The notes: generated by a model not told the origin, from the letters alone. Positions 23,239-37,222 are shown, counted from the whole stretch's first letter. The stretch: DNA of 54,473 nt, filler included, from Jimgerdemannia flammicorona (GCA_003990765.1; 3 parts of 3 records of this genome joined end to end with filler, not necessarily neighbours in it); one strand, 5' to 3'. A program made the numbers and translations.

Positions 23239-24129
23239 CCCAATCCATAGTAAACAATAGCCTGTACCTCGCATCGTGCAAACCAATAGCATAAGTTCAC
23301 CACAATGTAGTATACCTTAGCCTTAGTCGCGCCCCTCCCCCATAGCTAGTAAACTTGTATAAATAACCCATATTCTTAGAGTGAATAAAGCCTCAGTCAG
23401 CTTGTGTTTAAAAGTAAAAAAGATTACAAAGAAACCACTGCCTCCAAGAGACCGAATAAATTCTGAGAACAAGATAACAACCTAGAGCAACAGATCACTC
23501 AGAAGTTTGAGTTAAAGAATTTTCTCTTGCCATGGAAAAGAAAATGTTACCCAACCGCCACCATTCGAGACCCAGCCAAGGATTCAAGACTACGACTGCC
23601 GCGCATTTCAGACCATCATTCAGACTGTGCATTTGACTGCTATTCGAGATTCAAGATCTGGAAAACCAAGGAACCCAAGGATACCCAGCCAAACAAGACC
23701 GTAGCCTAAGACCCATCAAGATACTCGAACAACCACCAAAGACCCAAGTTATCCCGCCCTTTCAAGCTAAACAAGATGGATGAGTGAGCCATCAACCGAT
23801 TCCCGACCTACTGTGCTACAAACCGTTTAAAGTCAAGACTATCGTCACCGAGTTTGCCGCCAAGTTAGCTGCCACCAGGAGACTGAGCCGTGCATTGAAC
23901 CAGACCAAGGAACCCAAGAATACTTAGCTTAGGAAAGCCAGCACCATTGTCATTCACCTAATAAGTCAAGATGGACGAGCGAGCCATCAACCTCCGTTTT
24001 CCCGCTATTATTGCATGAATCGAACGACCTGTCACATGACCATCAACCCGCGAACGTCACCAATGCCTTCAGTTATACATTATGCGCTTCACCAAGTAGC
24101 ACACATTGAGCCATACAGTCAAAGTTCAT

Positions 24130-25466
24130 TATATATAACCAATGCCACAATATATACCATATATCTCTCACAAGAAATGTATATCAAAGCTATCCTCAAA
24201 TACTTTAATATAAGTAAATATAAGCTAGTTAGCACTCTTATAGATACTTTTGTGAAGTTAAGAAAGTCAAATACTATATCTAAGAATGATGATAACAATA
24301 TGCCTACCATAAACATTCCTTATTAGCAAACAGTTAGCTCTTTTATATATTTCATACTAAGAACAAGACCTGATATATTATATGTCATAAATAAGATAGT
24401 ACAGTATTTCTTCTACTATGATAATTTACATTAGAGTACTATTAAGAGGATTTTATAATATTTAAAGAGATCAGTATACTATATGCTTATATTGAGCAGT
24501 AATATTGAATTAAATAGGAGCAATAGCAAGAGTAATAATATCTAGCTATCTGGTATATATAATGCTAATTGAGCTAGAGTCTTAGATGACTATTAATTTA
24601 TAACTGGGTACTTCTTTCATACTTACAACTAAGAATCTATTATTTTATAGCAAACATATAAGCAGAGTTCTATAGTAATATCATCAATATAGACAGAGTA
24701 CCAGATATTATTATTGATAACAAAGGAAGTCATTTGGCTTTAAAAGCTTTTAAAAGAGCTCAGATTTACTTAGAGGAATCTTATGCTAATTAGGTAAGAC
24801 ATTTAATCTATAATAGTACTTGCTAAAAATCTGATATACTATAGCAAAATGAAACATATCAATATATAGTATTATTTTATATATGAATATATAGAAACTG
24901 ATACTATATATCAAAAATATATCCTCACAGAATATATGATTACAGACTCATTGACCAAAGCTAAAATTTGAGCAATATACTAAAGAAATGAGTCTTATAA
25001 GCTATATACCAGTATTCAGTTAACTATAGGATAATTTTCAAACTATCAAAAGCCTCTCATATATACTATTTATATATCTAACTTTTATATTGATTATATC
25101 ATTTATCTATGAGAGAATTATATATATTATATTTTTCATATTTTATACCTATGGGTGGATATTTCTGTGAGTATTTTCAGATATATTTTGAAATACTTTT
25201 TAATCTGTAAAAATTCCTAGATAGTTATAGTTCTGGGTTATATATAGTTCTAGTTTATATGTATATATATTTTTTTTGAATATATTGTATTCTTTTTTTT
25301 AGGTTATATATCTCATTGAGCAAGAGTATTGAGATAGCAACTCAATATGCCAGCACATAACCTTATGCTATTCTATTAGATTTATATTATTTATCAGTAA
25401 TATAGAGAAATATATAATCTATGTAACTTCAATAAAATTGCCCCTCTCTTTATAATACTTATAATA
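24130..25466 (+). mobile_element. Hypermutated Ty1/copia relic (RT C-terminus, RNaseH, 3' LTR ~25327-25466)
   Basis: IYLSQEMYIKAIL, TRPDILY, YNAN*ARVLDDY*FITGYFF (DADWA..STTGY), TEY..KEVIWL, SKMKHINI, MITDSLTK. A purine tract is followed by TATTGAG, a mutated TGTTGAG. Confidence 0.88.
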
Positions 25467-25563
25467 TAATTATTATACTATTTAGAAAGAACTAATATCA
25501 ATATAAATAAAGAGCTCTACTATAAAATCATTATTTATTTAAAATAGTATAAAATACTCTAAT

Positions 25564-25918
25564 TAGTACTTTTAAATAAATTAAATCAATTTGAATTAAA
25601 TTAAATTCAAATTAAATTAAGAATCTGATTTGAACCCTATTTTTAGAAATATAATAACTTAATGAAAATATGTCCAAATTTAATAATCTTTAGCATATTA
25701 GATTCACTTTATATAAAAGAATCTAACAAGCTAAAAATGGTTAAATTTGGATATATATTCATCAAGTTATTATATTTTAAAAAATAGTATTCAAATTGAA
25801 TTTTAAATTAAATTAGCCTTTGATTTGATTTAAATCAAATCAAATTGAACCTTTGATTTAATTGAATTAAATTAAATTTGAATCAAATTTAATTTAATTT
25901 AATTCATTAGGAGTACTA
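25564..25918. mobile_element. hAT-type MITE, largely palindromic, with 8-bp target-site duplication
   Basis: TIRs TAGTACTTTTAAATAAATT / AATTCATTAGGAGTACTA; TSD ACTCTAAT (25556-25563) / GCTCTAAT (25919-25926); internal foldback centred ~25710. Confidence 0.8.
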
Positions 25919-25926
25919 GCTCTAAT

Positions 25927-28590
25927 ATCTAGAAAAATAAATATAAATAATTATCAATAAAATCTAAAAATAATTTATAAATAAAAAATTACTAGTTGTA
26001 CCTAAATATAAGAAGAAATAAGTAATAAAGTTAGTATATGAACATAATTATCTAAAAGGAATAAATATCTAAAATAAAGCTAGAAAAATAATATAATGGT
26101 TAGATATAAAGAAAGATATTAGATAATTTGTTAAGATTTATAATAAATACTAATAGTAGAAGTAAAACTAATAAAATTAGACCCTAGAATTAGCAGATAT
26201 AGAACTAATCTTATTTATCTATATAATAATAGATATAATTAATTCTCTACTTATAATATTGACTAATAACTAATATGTTATTATTATTATAGATCTTATT
26301 ATAAAATAGATAGAAGTAAAATCTCTCAAAGAAGTTAATATATAGTTAATTATTAATTTATTTTATAGAAAAATCTTTTGCTAATTTAAGGCTTTAAAGT
26401 AAGTATATAACTATAGATAAAAAAAAATAAAATTTGTAAATTAGCTTTTTTAGATTCTTTATAAGAAGTACAAGATCCAGTATATTTAAACTATAGTTTA
26501 TTACTTTTAAGAAAATGAATAAATAAAGAAGACTAATAAAACTCTTAAAAATATTATTATTAAGATTTGTAATAGTTATAAAAATTAAGTCACTATCTGT
26601 TAATAGTATCTATTTTACTTTTTGAAAATTACTATTTAGAGAAAAAAGTTCTAAAGAAAGTTTATTATTTAATAAAGATTTAGTATAGAAATATATAGAT
26701 ATAAAGATATAGAGATTATACTAAATAAAAAAGAAGTTTAAAGATTATATAACTAAGATATAGATATTATAATAGAATAATATAAAAAAAAAAATTATAA
26801 GCTCTTTGAGATTATTAAGATAAAAGACAAAGTTCTAATATATTAAAATATAGTAAAGCTTTATGAGTACAAAACTAGAGCTTAGTAAAAAAAATCTTAT
26901 TTTATATAATATATATATAAAAGAAACTATTTTTTAGCTATAAAGATTCTTAAATATATTTAATTATTTCTACTGCTATCTATTAAAACTAACTCAAGAA
27001 GTATCATAACTAATAAATAGAGTATAGCTATAGCTCTTAAAATTACTAGTACTACTTAGTAAGCTATCAAAAGTAATAGTATTTTACTATATTAATCTCT
27101 AACTATAGAGAAATTTTTTGATAATATTTAGAGTAATATATAGATCTATCTATTATAAATTTCTCATTTAGAGTCTACTATTATTAAGTAGAATTTCAAA
27201 AATACTTTAAGTTAGAATAACTTTTCAACTAATAACTAAATAAGATAAAAGAAGAATAGATTATTATCTATTAGATCTCTAATACTTATATTATTATTAT
27301 TAAATAAATCTTAAAGTTATTTATAGATAATAAACTAGCTATAGCTTATTTTTATAAAATAGTACTAAGAGATTTTATATAGATAAAAAAACACTATTAA
27401 GAAAATATAATTGAATAGATTATATAGTATTAGACTCTATAAGAAGTAAAAGCTTAAAAGTTTGAATAGATATTTTAGTAATAAGATTATTTATTTAAAA
27501 AAATATATATTATAATAGTTAATTCAAATTAGAAATAAGAGTTAAAAGATAGATATTTGATTATAGTATCTAAATATAATTTTTAATATAGTATAGTATA
27601 TTATAGTTAGTAGTTATTTGATATTATTAGATATAAAAAAAAATCTTATACTTGTAAGAAAACTTACAATTGTAGAAAAATTCTATAGTTATAAAATAAC
27701 TTATAACTTAGATATTATATAGTTAGTAAAATCTGTATAAATATTTCTAGTATTTAGAGTAAATATATCTCAGATTAAAATAGTTTAAGTAAAAGATAAA
27801 AGAACTAATAAGTCTATAGATAGATATATTTTAAACTTATCTTTATACTTTATTAAAGACTCTAAAAAATTAAAGAAGATCAAGTATTTAAGATAAAGTA
27901 ATCTACTATATTTTTTAGATTAAATATTTATTATATTATAATATTTAAATTTATTAAATTTTTTAAAATTAATAACTTTCTTTTAAAAAACCTAAAATTA
28001 TTATAATAGATATAGTTTTTTATATATTATTTTTTTATATTTAAAAATTATTAAATTATAATTTTTTTTAAATTAAATATTTAAAAATATTAATATAAAT
28101 AAAATATACTTAAATAATATTAATTTAATAAATCTTTAAAAGATTATTATAAGTATTTTAAAAAGTAAAGTTAAAGATACTATAAATATATTAATTATTT
28201 TAATATATATTTATAATATATACTTTACTTAAATATATCTCTTAGATTATATTATAAATATATATCTATAAACTTTTAATATTTATATATTTTAACTAAT
28301 ATTTATTTATATTAAATTTTAAATTATAATTTTACTTACTAAAATAATTATATTTTGTTTATAATTATTAAATTATAGACTATTTAAGTATTTAATTATT
28401 AAATAAAATTAAAAAATATTATGTAAGTCTGTTAAATATATTTAAAATATGAAAAAAAGAAACTCTATTATAAGATATTGAAGAATAGAAAACAAAGATA
28501 TTTTTAGTAAATTTATATATTATAAAACTAGAGCTTATATACTTAATAAATTAAATTAATAAAAGTAAAATATTTATAACAATTATAAAC
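25927..28590 (+). mobile_element. Second, extremely hypermutated gypsy relic (integrase, 3' region, LTR core ~27720) followed by AT-rich decay
   Basis: A mutated integrase is readable at ~26040-27000 (IDIINSL..YVIIIIDLIIK*IEVK, matching IDIIGPLP..DxxTKWxEA). Sequence 27721-27775 resembles the LTR TATA core at 23344-23400. Confidence 0.75.
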
Positions 28591-29522
28591 TGTCAACCAA
28601 TATATGGGTCACCATCAAAGACATATACAGTTGAAATGGTTATGGAAGGTACCAATCAACAAATAACTGTTTTGACCCCCCTGACGCGTGGTTGTGGAAT
28701 TCGTGTTGGGTTCGTGCTTGTTTCGCGCTGTGCGCGCTGCATGTAGAGAAAATCCGGTTCACTTTCTTTTTTTTCCTCTCTCTCTTCCTGGCAGGCTGAG
28801 TGAGTTATTTAAATTATTTAGCTGGATCGATTCCTTGGTTCGTTCGCGCTGCGCGCTGTACGCCATGCAATGCAGAATATTCGGTGAGATGTCTTGGTTT
28901 CGGGTGACGCTTGCCTGTTCGCCAAAAATTTTAATGAGCAAACTCCTTGGTTGATCCCATTTCAAAAGCTCGGGTATAAATAAGTTCAGCAATTCGGTAC
29001 TTTTTCCTGCACACAATGAAATGCATAGGCTTCTGGATTTATTCCGGACTACATGTAGTCCTTTGCATAAGAAGGCTTTCAGGCTTAAAAACCTGAAAGG
29101 CAAAATGGGTCCGAAAAAGGAGTCCCCGGGCCAATGGTGCTCGTTTGTGGCATACGTTCCCAACCTTCTTTAAAATTAGAATTAAACGAAAAACTCTTTG
29201 AAACTTCTTTCCAATAATTCGTATTCACTTCTTTGGCCTACTTGGTCTTGTGTTGACCTAAAAATGGAGTCGGCGTCTAAGCCTCGCCCTCTTCAACGAG
29301 AACTAACTCAGGCACCTCGTCTGTGATTCGTTAGTGTACCGCCGAACTTTGGACCTTATTCAAAGTGTTGCGTTTGACGCGAACGTTCTTTTCGCTTACA
29401 GGGAAACACAACGATCGTAGTGTGTGTGTGTATGTTTCGGACTGTGAACTTCTATGCTCATAATTGCGAATGTATACAGTCTCTTATAATATCCTTCATT
29501 CTCTCTCCCATTACTCTACAAG

Positions 29523-30986
29523 ACATCCCGACGGCCCAAATTCACGGACGACCAACTCTACTCTCTCAGCGACGCCGTCTCCCGCATCGAGCATCTCATC
29601 GCGATGTCAACGGTGAGCAGGCCGTGCACCTCATCAGCAGTCTCGACGATAAGGAAGGGTTGGGTTACGAGGAGGAGGAACAGGTGCGGTTTTAGATTCG
29701 GTTTTGTTCGGCGCGTTGCCTTTGTAGGTTTCCGGTTGCTAATGAATTTCCAATCCTCTTCAGACGGCCGTTTCAGACATCAACACTCTTCGCCAATACC
29801 TCATGTGGAAGTGCCGCGCCATCCAACCTGAGGAGTCGGGCCACGATGCCTCCGCCGAGGCCGTCGCAGCCATCGAGGAACGCAAGGAGCGCCGCGACTG
29901 GGCTCTCGACAATTTCACTGAACTGGCTGTCGGGCGGTGGGTGTTTTTATTTTATTTTTCCCCGTCTTCGCAGTTGGGTAAGGGCGAGAATCGCATAACT
30001 GACGTGTTTGTAGGCATCCACCTCGCCTTCATATTCTCAGGCATTCAGGGCCCTCGGCGACACCTACTGGCTCTCCTCAAACGACCTGTTCCGGTTGCCT
30101 GACTCGCCAAACATGCGGCAGCTGTGCTTGATCTTCCCGAGGATGTGAAGGAGCGGTATACAGCGCCGGTCGGGGCCGGTATCAGATGATGGGCAGATAG
30201 GTTTGAGGCCGGTGAGGGGCAAGCCGGAGATGAGAGCGGGGAGAGCCGTGGGGACAACGGGGAAGTGGGATATAGGTGAGGGCCATGTTTTTCCTTGATG
30301 TGGGTTCATAAAAAGAGGTAAATGCTTTAACACGTCCTATTGTTTCACAGAGGCAATATCGCCGATACCGCAAGATCGATCGAGTTCTTCCACTTCAAGA
30401 TTACCCTGGGTACGCTCGTCATGCTGGCCGTGTTCGATGTCAAGCATTCCTGGCGCAGTGCGACAGGTTCGGACAGGAGGAGACGACCTTATCAAATAGC
30501 TCGTTGATGCCGTGCGTCTGGGGTTCAACGGGTCTGAGGCCGAGCAAGTGGGTTTATATAGAGTGGTTTAGGAGGTTTGTATTCGTTGTCGTTCTTCGGT
30601 TAGTTGAATGTGTTTTATTTAGGAATGAGAAAAATACTGGTTTGTTTCTCAACCCCCAATCCTATTCTTCCGTACAGTTCTTCGAGCTCAACATGGACGG
30701 CCGTCACACTTCGATCGAACCCGCCATTGCATCTCGCTCGGCTCCTCGTGCACACCCTCAAATCCGGTGACGGCGCTGGCGTTGACGCATGGCCTCGCAG
30801 GTCTCCTCGCAGCACATCGTGGACATACACCGCGACGGCATCGCGTACGCCATATCTAAGGTCGCCTGCTACCAGCTCGTCATCAACCGTAACGCCAGAG
30901 CCATGATCGTTGATCGTCCGCCTTTTCAAAATACTCTCGGCCTTCTTGCAGGCCGTACCCATGGAATAGTTGCAGAAAGGATGTAA
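29523..30986 (+). pseudogene. Fragment of a cohesin Scc3/STAG-like gene (C-terminal half), frameshifted
   Basis: Exon-like pieces bounded by GT-AG read DQLYSLSDAVSRIEHLIA, TLRQYLMWK..RRDWALDNFTELAVG, FFELNMDG..HLARLL and HIVDIHRDGIAYAISK, resembling STAG LHKDGIEFA. Stops and frameshifts are present. Confidence 0.55.
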
Positions 30987-33843
30987 GTGTTGGCGTTATT
31001 TTGTTTGAGGGGGGTGCCCCTGGTGGGCTTGAGGCGGGTTTGAGGATTGAGCTGTCGATAGGCGCTAAGTGGTGATAGTGGGGTGAGTTCTCGGGGATTG
31101 GTATTTGGGTTTGTTTCGGGTTTAACGTGCTTTTTCCATCTTTGCACCCGATCGAAGCAACTCGAGGGTCTACTCGATTGACATTTCGGAGGGGTCAAAT
31201 CGTTACAAATCCTGGGTTACAATTCGGTAAAGGTCTCTATTTTTTTCATCATGGAATATTTTCCTCTTTGGCATCACGTTTACATCGATCACACTATTCG
31301 CAATCATTGTAGGCGATCCCGCCTCCGCCTCCAAGCGTTTCGGTGTCGCTATCCCAATGCACTGCAAATCGATCGCCGCCGTCCGCTCCGACGACGAAGA
31401 CGACGATGGTGAATCCACGGCTGTTCGGGACTTGGGATCCGCGCGGCGCCCGGGTAGCAACTATTGATGAGGAACGGTTTGTCGATAACCGCCGTGCGCT
31501 CAGAAACAAACGGCTTGCATCGGCGTGGACGACTAGTTCGGATCGCCGAGTAAGAGGGGGAGGAGGAGGCTGGATCAGGGAAGGATTCGCAGTCAGGATA
31601 TGAGCTTGAACCGGAGCTGGAGGGGGAGCAGGAAATGGTGCTGGAGGGTGGGGAGCAGGAAATGGAGCTGGCTGCCCCGGACGACGGCGACACGCGGGAG
31701 GACGGGTCGCAGCCACCTCGGCGTTCCGAGAAGCGCAAGCTGTCACCCATACAGAACTTGGAGGTTACAGCGATGGGGATGCGTAGAGTTCGTCGCTGGA
31801 TGTGAGGGGGGTCGTTGGGAAGAAGGCGAACGGGGATAAGGAGAGAGTGACGGGGAGAGCGTGGGGAGGAGGGGCGAAGAGATGAATTGAATGAGACGAG
31901 TGACAAAGGGCCGGTGTTCAGGCGAATGGTTGCGAGAGTGTGATTTTGCCTGTTAGCATCTAGTTGGAGTAGCATATCGGTCGTCTGGTCAAAAGTTGTA
32001 ATTTTTTCCTTTTCTCTTTTATTATTATTATTATTCTTTTTCTTTTTTCGCTTCTTTTCTTTTCTTTCCATCCGTTTTACCAATTTAGCCGTATAATATT
32101 GGTGTGATTGCTTATGTACGTGCGAAGTTCTTTCAGATTGTGGTTTGTTGACGCGCCTTGGTTCATTGTCACATATGCAATGCATTTCAGATTATTCCCT
32201 TCTCTTGTGGGTGAGCAATGTGCTTGCGAGCTAGCGAGCGCGGGCGGATGCGTGCGGACTGGCAAAATACGTTTGGGCAGGTATTGTTGTTGAACGAGCT
32301 GGCATGACGGACGACATGTATGTCTGAGGCTACATCACAACGAACACTGCGAGCCCCTGCTTTTATATACCTCATCAAATGAGTATGCGAGAAGCTTTAC
32401 GAGCCATCTCGCCAGCCTGGAAAAGAGTGCTAGTAGCTATGCTAATCTTATGCTAAATTAGCGCATCAAGTTTGATAAATCAAGAACGACAAGAGGTGCC
32501 ACTAATAACTACACTTGTCTAATCGATTCAAAGCGGCTTTACCTTCCCTCGAAAAAACAGCTTCCCTCGAGAACACTAGATAAGGAGAATCCAGCAAGGG
32601 CCCGCTTCCTAGGATTTTTGTCGAATGAAAAAACTTGTCAAATTTGCGGTGAGTAAGTATATGCTGTCGCGCCTGTTTGCCAAAAATTAAAGGTCGAAAT
32701 CGCTCAGTCACGCGCCGATCCGTCACCCCCCTAGTATAAACTGGCCTATCAGATTGATCGACCTCAAGACCTCTAGACACTTTTCTCGTAGCATTTGTTT
32801 GATAATATCCGCGTACGCGCAGATTCAAGTACTGAGGTCTCTGGATTTCAACTGGTGGGGATGTGGTTTAAGCATGGTGTTCATAAGATGATCGAACACA
32901 GCCCAGTTACCGTTTGTAACCAATGTCTCGCTAGCTTTGGGTCACGGTGGTTTATTAATATTTCCGATGCATGATGAGGATTCTTGTGGAAGAGGTGAGA
33001 ATAGCCGCATTAGATTTGTTGGTTATTGCAGTCATTGGCGCAATTGACACAGAGAAACTGGCATTGGACGGGATCAGTCGCAGGGTGTTTCAAAAATGGG
33101 TGTTTGCCGGCACACTTTCTTCGGCGAGTAATTGCACTTGGAAGATTGCGAAAGTGGCCGCCAGAAACTCGAATTCCGCCAAGGTGTCAAATATCATGTT
33201 TAGAAATGTTTTCGTCTCGCAAATAAAAGATCGATTTATTTCCAATAAACATGAATTGTAATGTTTTACGCGCGGTGGTCGACCGATTTTGTATATATGC
33301 AACCGCACTGTGAATCACGTCACGTGCGATTTATGTGATCTCCGCTAACAAATGAAAGTCAGATCTATCACGACACTTTTGCTAGTAAATTCCCTAAGTG
33401 AAGCGTCGCCGGGCAGCATGTCAAGCCTGAAAATGACCCAGTATTCACGGATTATCCTGATGGCGTGTTTCTTGCTTGAATGCACCGGATTTCCGATAGT
33501 TCAAATCTTATTATTCTCCCAAACTATTCCATTTATACAGCCAATTTATTATTAATGATAGGGCCCACGGAAGTGTCTCGAGCATGCGCATAGAACCATT
33601 CGGCTTATTTAGAGTTGCGAACGACTTCTAAGGACCCTCGCGCCACGTTCAACGTGAATTGCGTCACGGCCCCAAATGGGACGCGTCAACTAAACACGTT
33701 GCAACGCGTGCGGCACTTTATTCTGTCAGTCGATTTTGGAAGAACTCGGTATGTTATGACGGACGGACGATGCATTGGGGATTTCGAATTTAAGGTCTCT
33801 CTGTCTCTTCGATCCAGAGGGCATTAAATCCCCGCCTTACTAC

Positions 33844-34500
33844 TGTAATGTGCCAGCTCAATAGAGGCAAATTACAAGGTGGGGCAGCTGTGCAAGTTGG
33901 CTTGAGCCCCAGTTACTTTGTCAAAAAGTAACAAAATGTTGAATAGTTTGTTTCAGACTGATCTTAGAATTATCACAAATAGGTGGAGTTCTATCCTTAG
34001 AAATAAGCAGTAATCTTCTAGCTTAATCTGATAAGCAGATCAAATATAAAATAACTCAAAATAGATTTGACTTACTTTTGGCAAAAAGACTGGAGTGAAA
34101 TCAGAAAATAGCTTAATAGTAGCTTTTGAGCAGATATTTCTTCTAAGTGTTATAATCCTTTTTTTAGATCAAGTAGCTCTTAGCAGGCATATCTCTTAAA
34201 GTGTGTTAGGTAGACTTGTTTTTTACTTTTAACTTGAATTTTAGACTGTGATTTATTTACTTAAGTCTTTGGAGTATTTTATATAAGTATAGTTGCTATT
34301 TAGTTATTATCTAGATAATTATAGAATATATAGTAAGATTAATTTAGAGAAGATATGATCTCTCATTTTTTCAGAGAACAGATATCTCTTAGAGAACAGA
34401 TGTTCTGATTTGATATATCTGATTATTTATAATATATATAAATAACTATATATATATAGTAACTATATTAAGTATTATATATATATATTATCTAACTCTA
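33844..34500. mobile_element. LTR-like repeat, copy 1 (more mutated; homologous to 37223-38095)
   Basis: Starts TGTAAT; GCTCAAT.GAGGCA.ATTACAAGGT..TTGGCTTGAGCCCCAGTTACTTTGTCAAAA is shared with 37223 onward. Confidence 0.78.
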
Positions 34501-34554
34501 CTATAGTATTTGCTCATTATATATATTAGTCTTTATAAAAAATAGTTTATCTCT

Positions 34555-36155
34555 AGCTCTTTTCTCTACTATCATACTGATCACAAGATTGATAGATAAC
34601 TTTCTGAGTCCCCTTTTCTCTACTTTATCCCCCCCCTATCTTGAATTGGTTTGCTATACCTATAAGAGTATAGTGAAAGAGAGACAATAGTGATGAGTTG
34701 CTCCTTTATTAGTATCATATTGGTGCTTTCTTTACTTTTTTACAGTTTTTGGTATCTCTGACTATATCTGGGATATATCTGTTTTGGTGTAGCCTTTTCT
34801 TCCTTTTACTATCATTAATAAGATATCATCTTAGTATATCATGAGCTGTATAGAGTATTGATCAACCTTGAGTATTAAGTATTAGTATAGGTTATCTACA
34901 GATCCTCAGTATCTATAGTGGAGTCTTCTGGGCTTTGGTGAGCTTCTTGATAAGTATAGTGCTAGTATAGGTAACTGTTTTTTAGATGGAATTGAGATGG
35001 GAGGAGAGATGGCTATCATAGATAAAAGGAATATAATAATTCTAGTTTCTTTAAGAGAAAGTAGCTTAATCTGAAAGTTCTAGTTGGTCTAAAGTAACTT
35101 GAAGAGGTACTTAAAGATTCAAGTGTTCTTGAAGAATTTCTGAGAGAAAGTATTCTAAGAGAGAATAAAGATATTTATACATAATCTAAAAGAAAGATCT
35201 AGAAGGATCTTGGAAAGAAAGAGAAATAATAAGAAATAGATTCTTGGCAAAGATGACTAATACTATTCTACAATGTTCTGAAAGATTCTATAACTAGCTA
35301 AGATAAGATACTTGATACAAAGGAAAGACAAGAGTATTCTAGTGATGTCTGAGTGCTGAGAGAAGATTTCTAAGTAGAAGGTAGTGGAATATAATAGAAT
35401 GTTCAAGAAATATATAATAAGAAAGACTAACTAAAAGATACAAAAATATACTAAGACTAAATATGGCTGTGAAATTGTTATAAGAAAGGACAATTACAGT
35501 AGACCAGTAGAGTATCAGACTGAGAGTAGTCATCAGAGCTGGGGTAAGTACTATATCAGTAGAGCCTTCTGATTGATGAAGAGTGGTTAGATAGTAGGTA
35601 TCACTCTTAGCTACTTTTGATAATATATAGAATTAGGCCCCAGTCATTAAGAGTAGTCAGAGGGCCTGAGGTTATTCAGATCAGATATCTTAGCCATATT
35701 TAACTAGAATTAGAAGCTAATATAGCAATATGATCAAGGTCTGTAGACTTAAGTAGTGAGATATTGGAGATCTCTTTTTATCTTATATATAAGTTCTCTA
35801 CTCATCTCATTAGAGAGAACTAGATTCTATCTACTATTCTGTATTTTGAGAAGAGTTTTTCTTTATCTGTTACTCTTCTTGAGATAATGGAAGCTATACA
35901 AAGTAGCTCAGATATAGTCTTATATATATTAGAGTTTTAGATATGTCTTTATATATAGTTGTTTACTCTCTAGTGATAGAAAGAGCATAGTATATAGAAT
36001 GAGGTACAGGCAACTTTGTCTTACTGTATCTAGTATAGTCAAGTTACTAGACAATAGCTAGTCTAGATTTAATAAGAGTATAGTACTTAGTAGATAGTAG
36101 AGGAGGGTTTTAGCCTATATAATCTAAGTTCTCTTTTAATAAAAATCTACAGGAC
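34555..36155 (+). mobile_element. Unclassified hypermutated element; 5' part homologous to 17313-17753, followed by a stop-riddled coding-like region
   Basis: Direct alignment to 17313-17753. A downstream frame is E/K-rich with a possible decayed zinc knuckle (NCYKKG) at ~35470; the family is not recognised. Confidence 0.55.
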
Positions 36156-36231
36156 TTTGAGTTTGTTAATAATAATAATAATAATAACAATAATAATCTA
36201 TCTCAGACTATTCTTTAGTTATTATTTCATC

Positions 36232-36283
<52 letters not shown>

Positions 36284-36383
36284 NNNNNNNNNNNNNNNNN
36301 NNNNNNNNNNNNNNNNNNNNNNNNNNNTTAATTAATTAANNNNNNNNNNNNNNNNNNNNNNNNNNNNNNNNNNNNNNNNNNNN
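36284..36383. other. Artificial contig linker
   Basis: 44 N + TTAATTAATTAA + 44 N. Confidence 0.97.
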
Positions 36384-37222
36384 GATGAAATATTGTTTCT
36401 CCCTCCAAAAAAAAAAAAAAAAAAACTTAAACTCCAGGTCGTTGTTCAATCTCAATAGAGGTGACTTTTCGCCACTTCGTTAGAAAATGAACAGACAGTG
36501 TCAAAGTGCGTAACGACGGTCGGGACTTCAAGCGTTCCGACAGTTCGCAGCCCGCCACCATCATTTTAACTTTGTTGTATTACTTTGAAGTGCTGGCTGG
36601 ATGCTACACCTGGCCATCTGTAGAGTCATGAATGATCTCACTACAAGGAGAAATTCCGAGTACTTTGACCATTGACTTTTTTTCTTCTTCTCTTTTCGTG
36701 GAGTTTTAGCGTTTCTCGGGAACCCGAGGGTCAATGCAGGCTTTGGTTTCGAGTGAAGTGAGGAACATTATAAAATCATAGAACGCGTATTACGGATGCA
36801 TCTCAATCCTATTGTCTCGGACCTTCCTCCCCCAATCAACTCGTTCGATGCACCACCAGATATGGATCATGGAATGCCTACAATTCGCATACGAACGTCC
36901 CAAGCCATCGCCATCAATGCTGCTGGCAGTTTCGTTCCGCTCCCCATAATAATCGCGCCATCGTTTACAACACGATAAAGACGCGACCATCGTTGCCAGT
37001 ACAGTCACCCATTTGACGAGAAACGCCCCGTTTCGTTCTCATATACGAACCCCTGCTTGTTTTGATGGGCCATTAGGTATTTTTGAAAGCTTACGGATAA
37101 CCTCATAGGCCAATCTGGTTTTAGGGGCGCCAGTATCCATCGCTTGCGTATACGATAATTGGCGAACTAGGCATATCATTTTGAAAAGCAGCAGAAACAG
37201 AAACAATAGTTCGGTGATATAT

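Larger units (their letters stand above)
18193..24120 (+). mobile_element. Ty3/gypsy LTR retrotransposon (5' part lost in the gap): dUTPase-RT-RNaseH-integrase, two extra 3' ORFs, probable 3' LTR ~23007-24120
   Basis: dUTPase: ICQILFIK..RGQGGFGST. RT: SPWASP, VDFRKLN, YPLPRID, MPFGLCNAPA, VYIDD. RNaseH: TDAS, TDH. Integrase: HHCC, GIDIIGPLP, TDQG, YHPQANG. The LTR-like region starts TGTGAG (23007) and contains TATAAATA and AATAAA; its 3' boundary is uncertain. Confidence 0.93.

Noticed and set aside
24164..24171. TCTCACA as the inverted end of the gypsy LTR starting TGTGAGA
   Set aside because: It lies inside the conserved LSQ codons of the copia RT, so it is probably coincidental.
31127..31830. 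Pro/Ser-rich minus-strand ORFs
   Set aside because: Low complexity, and the frames switch without a recognisable domain.
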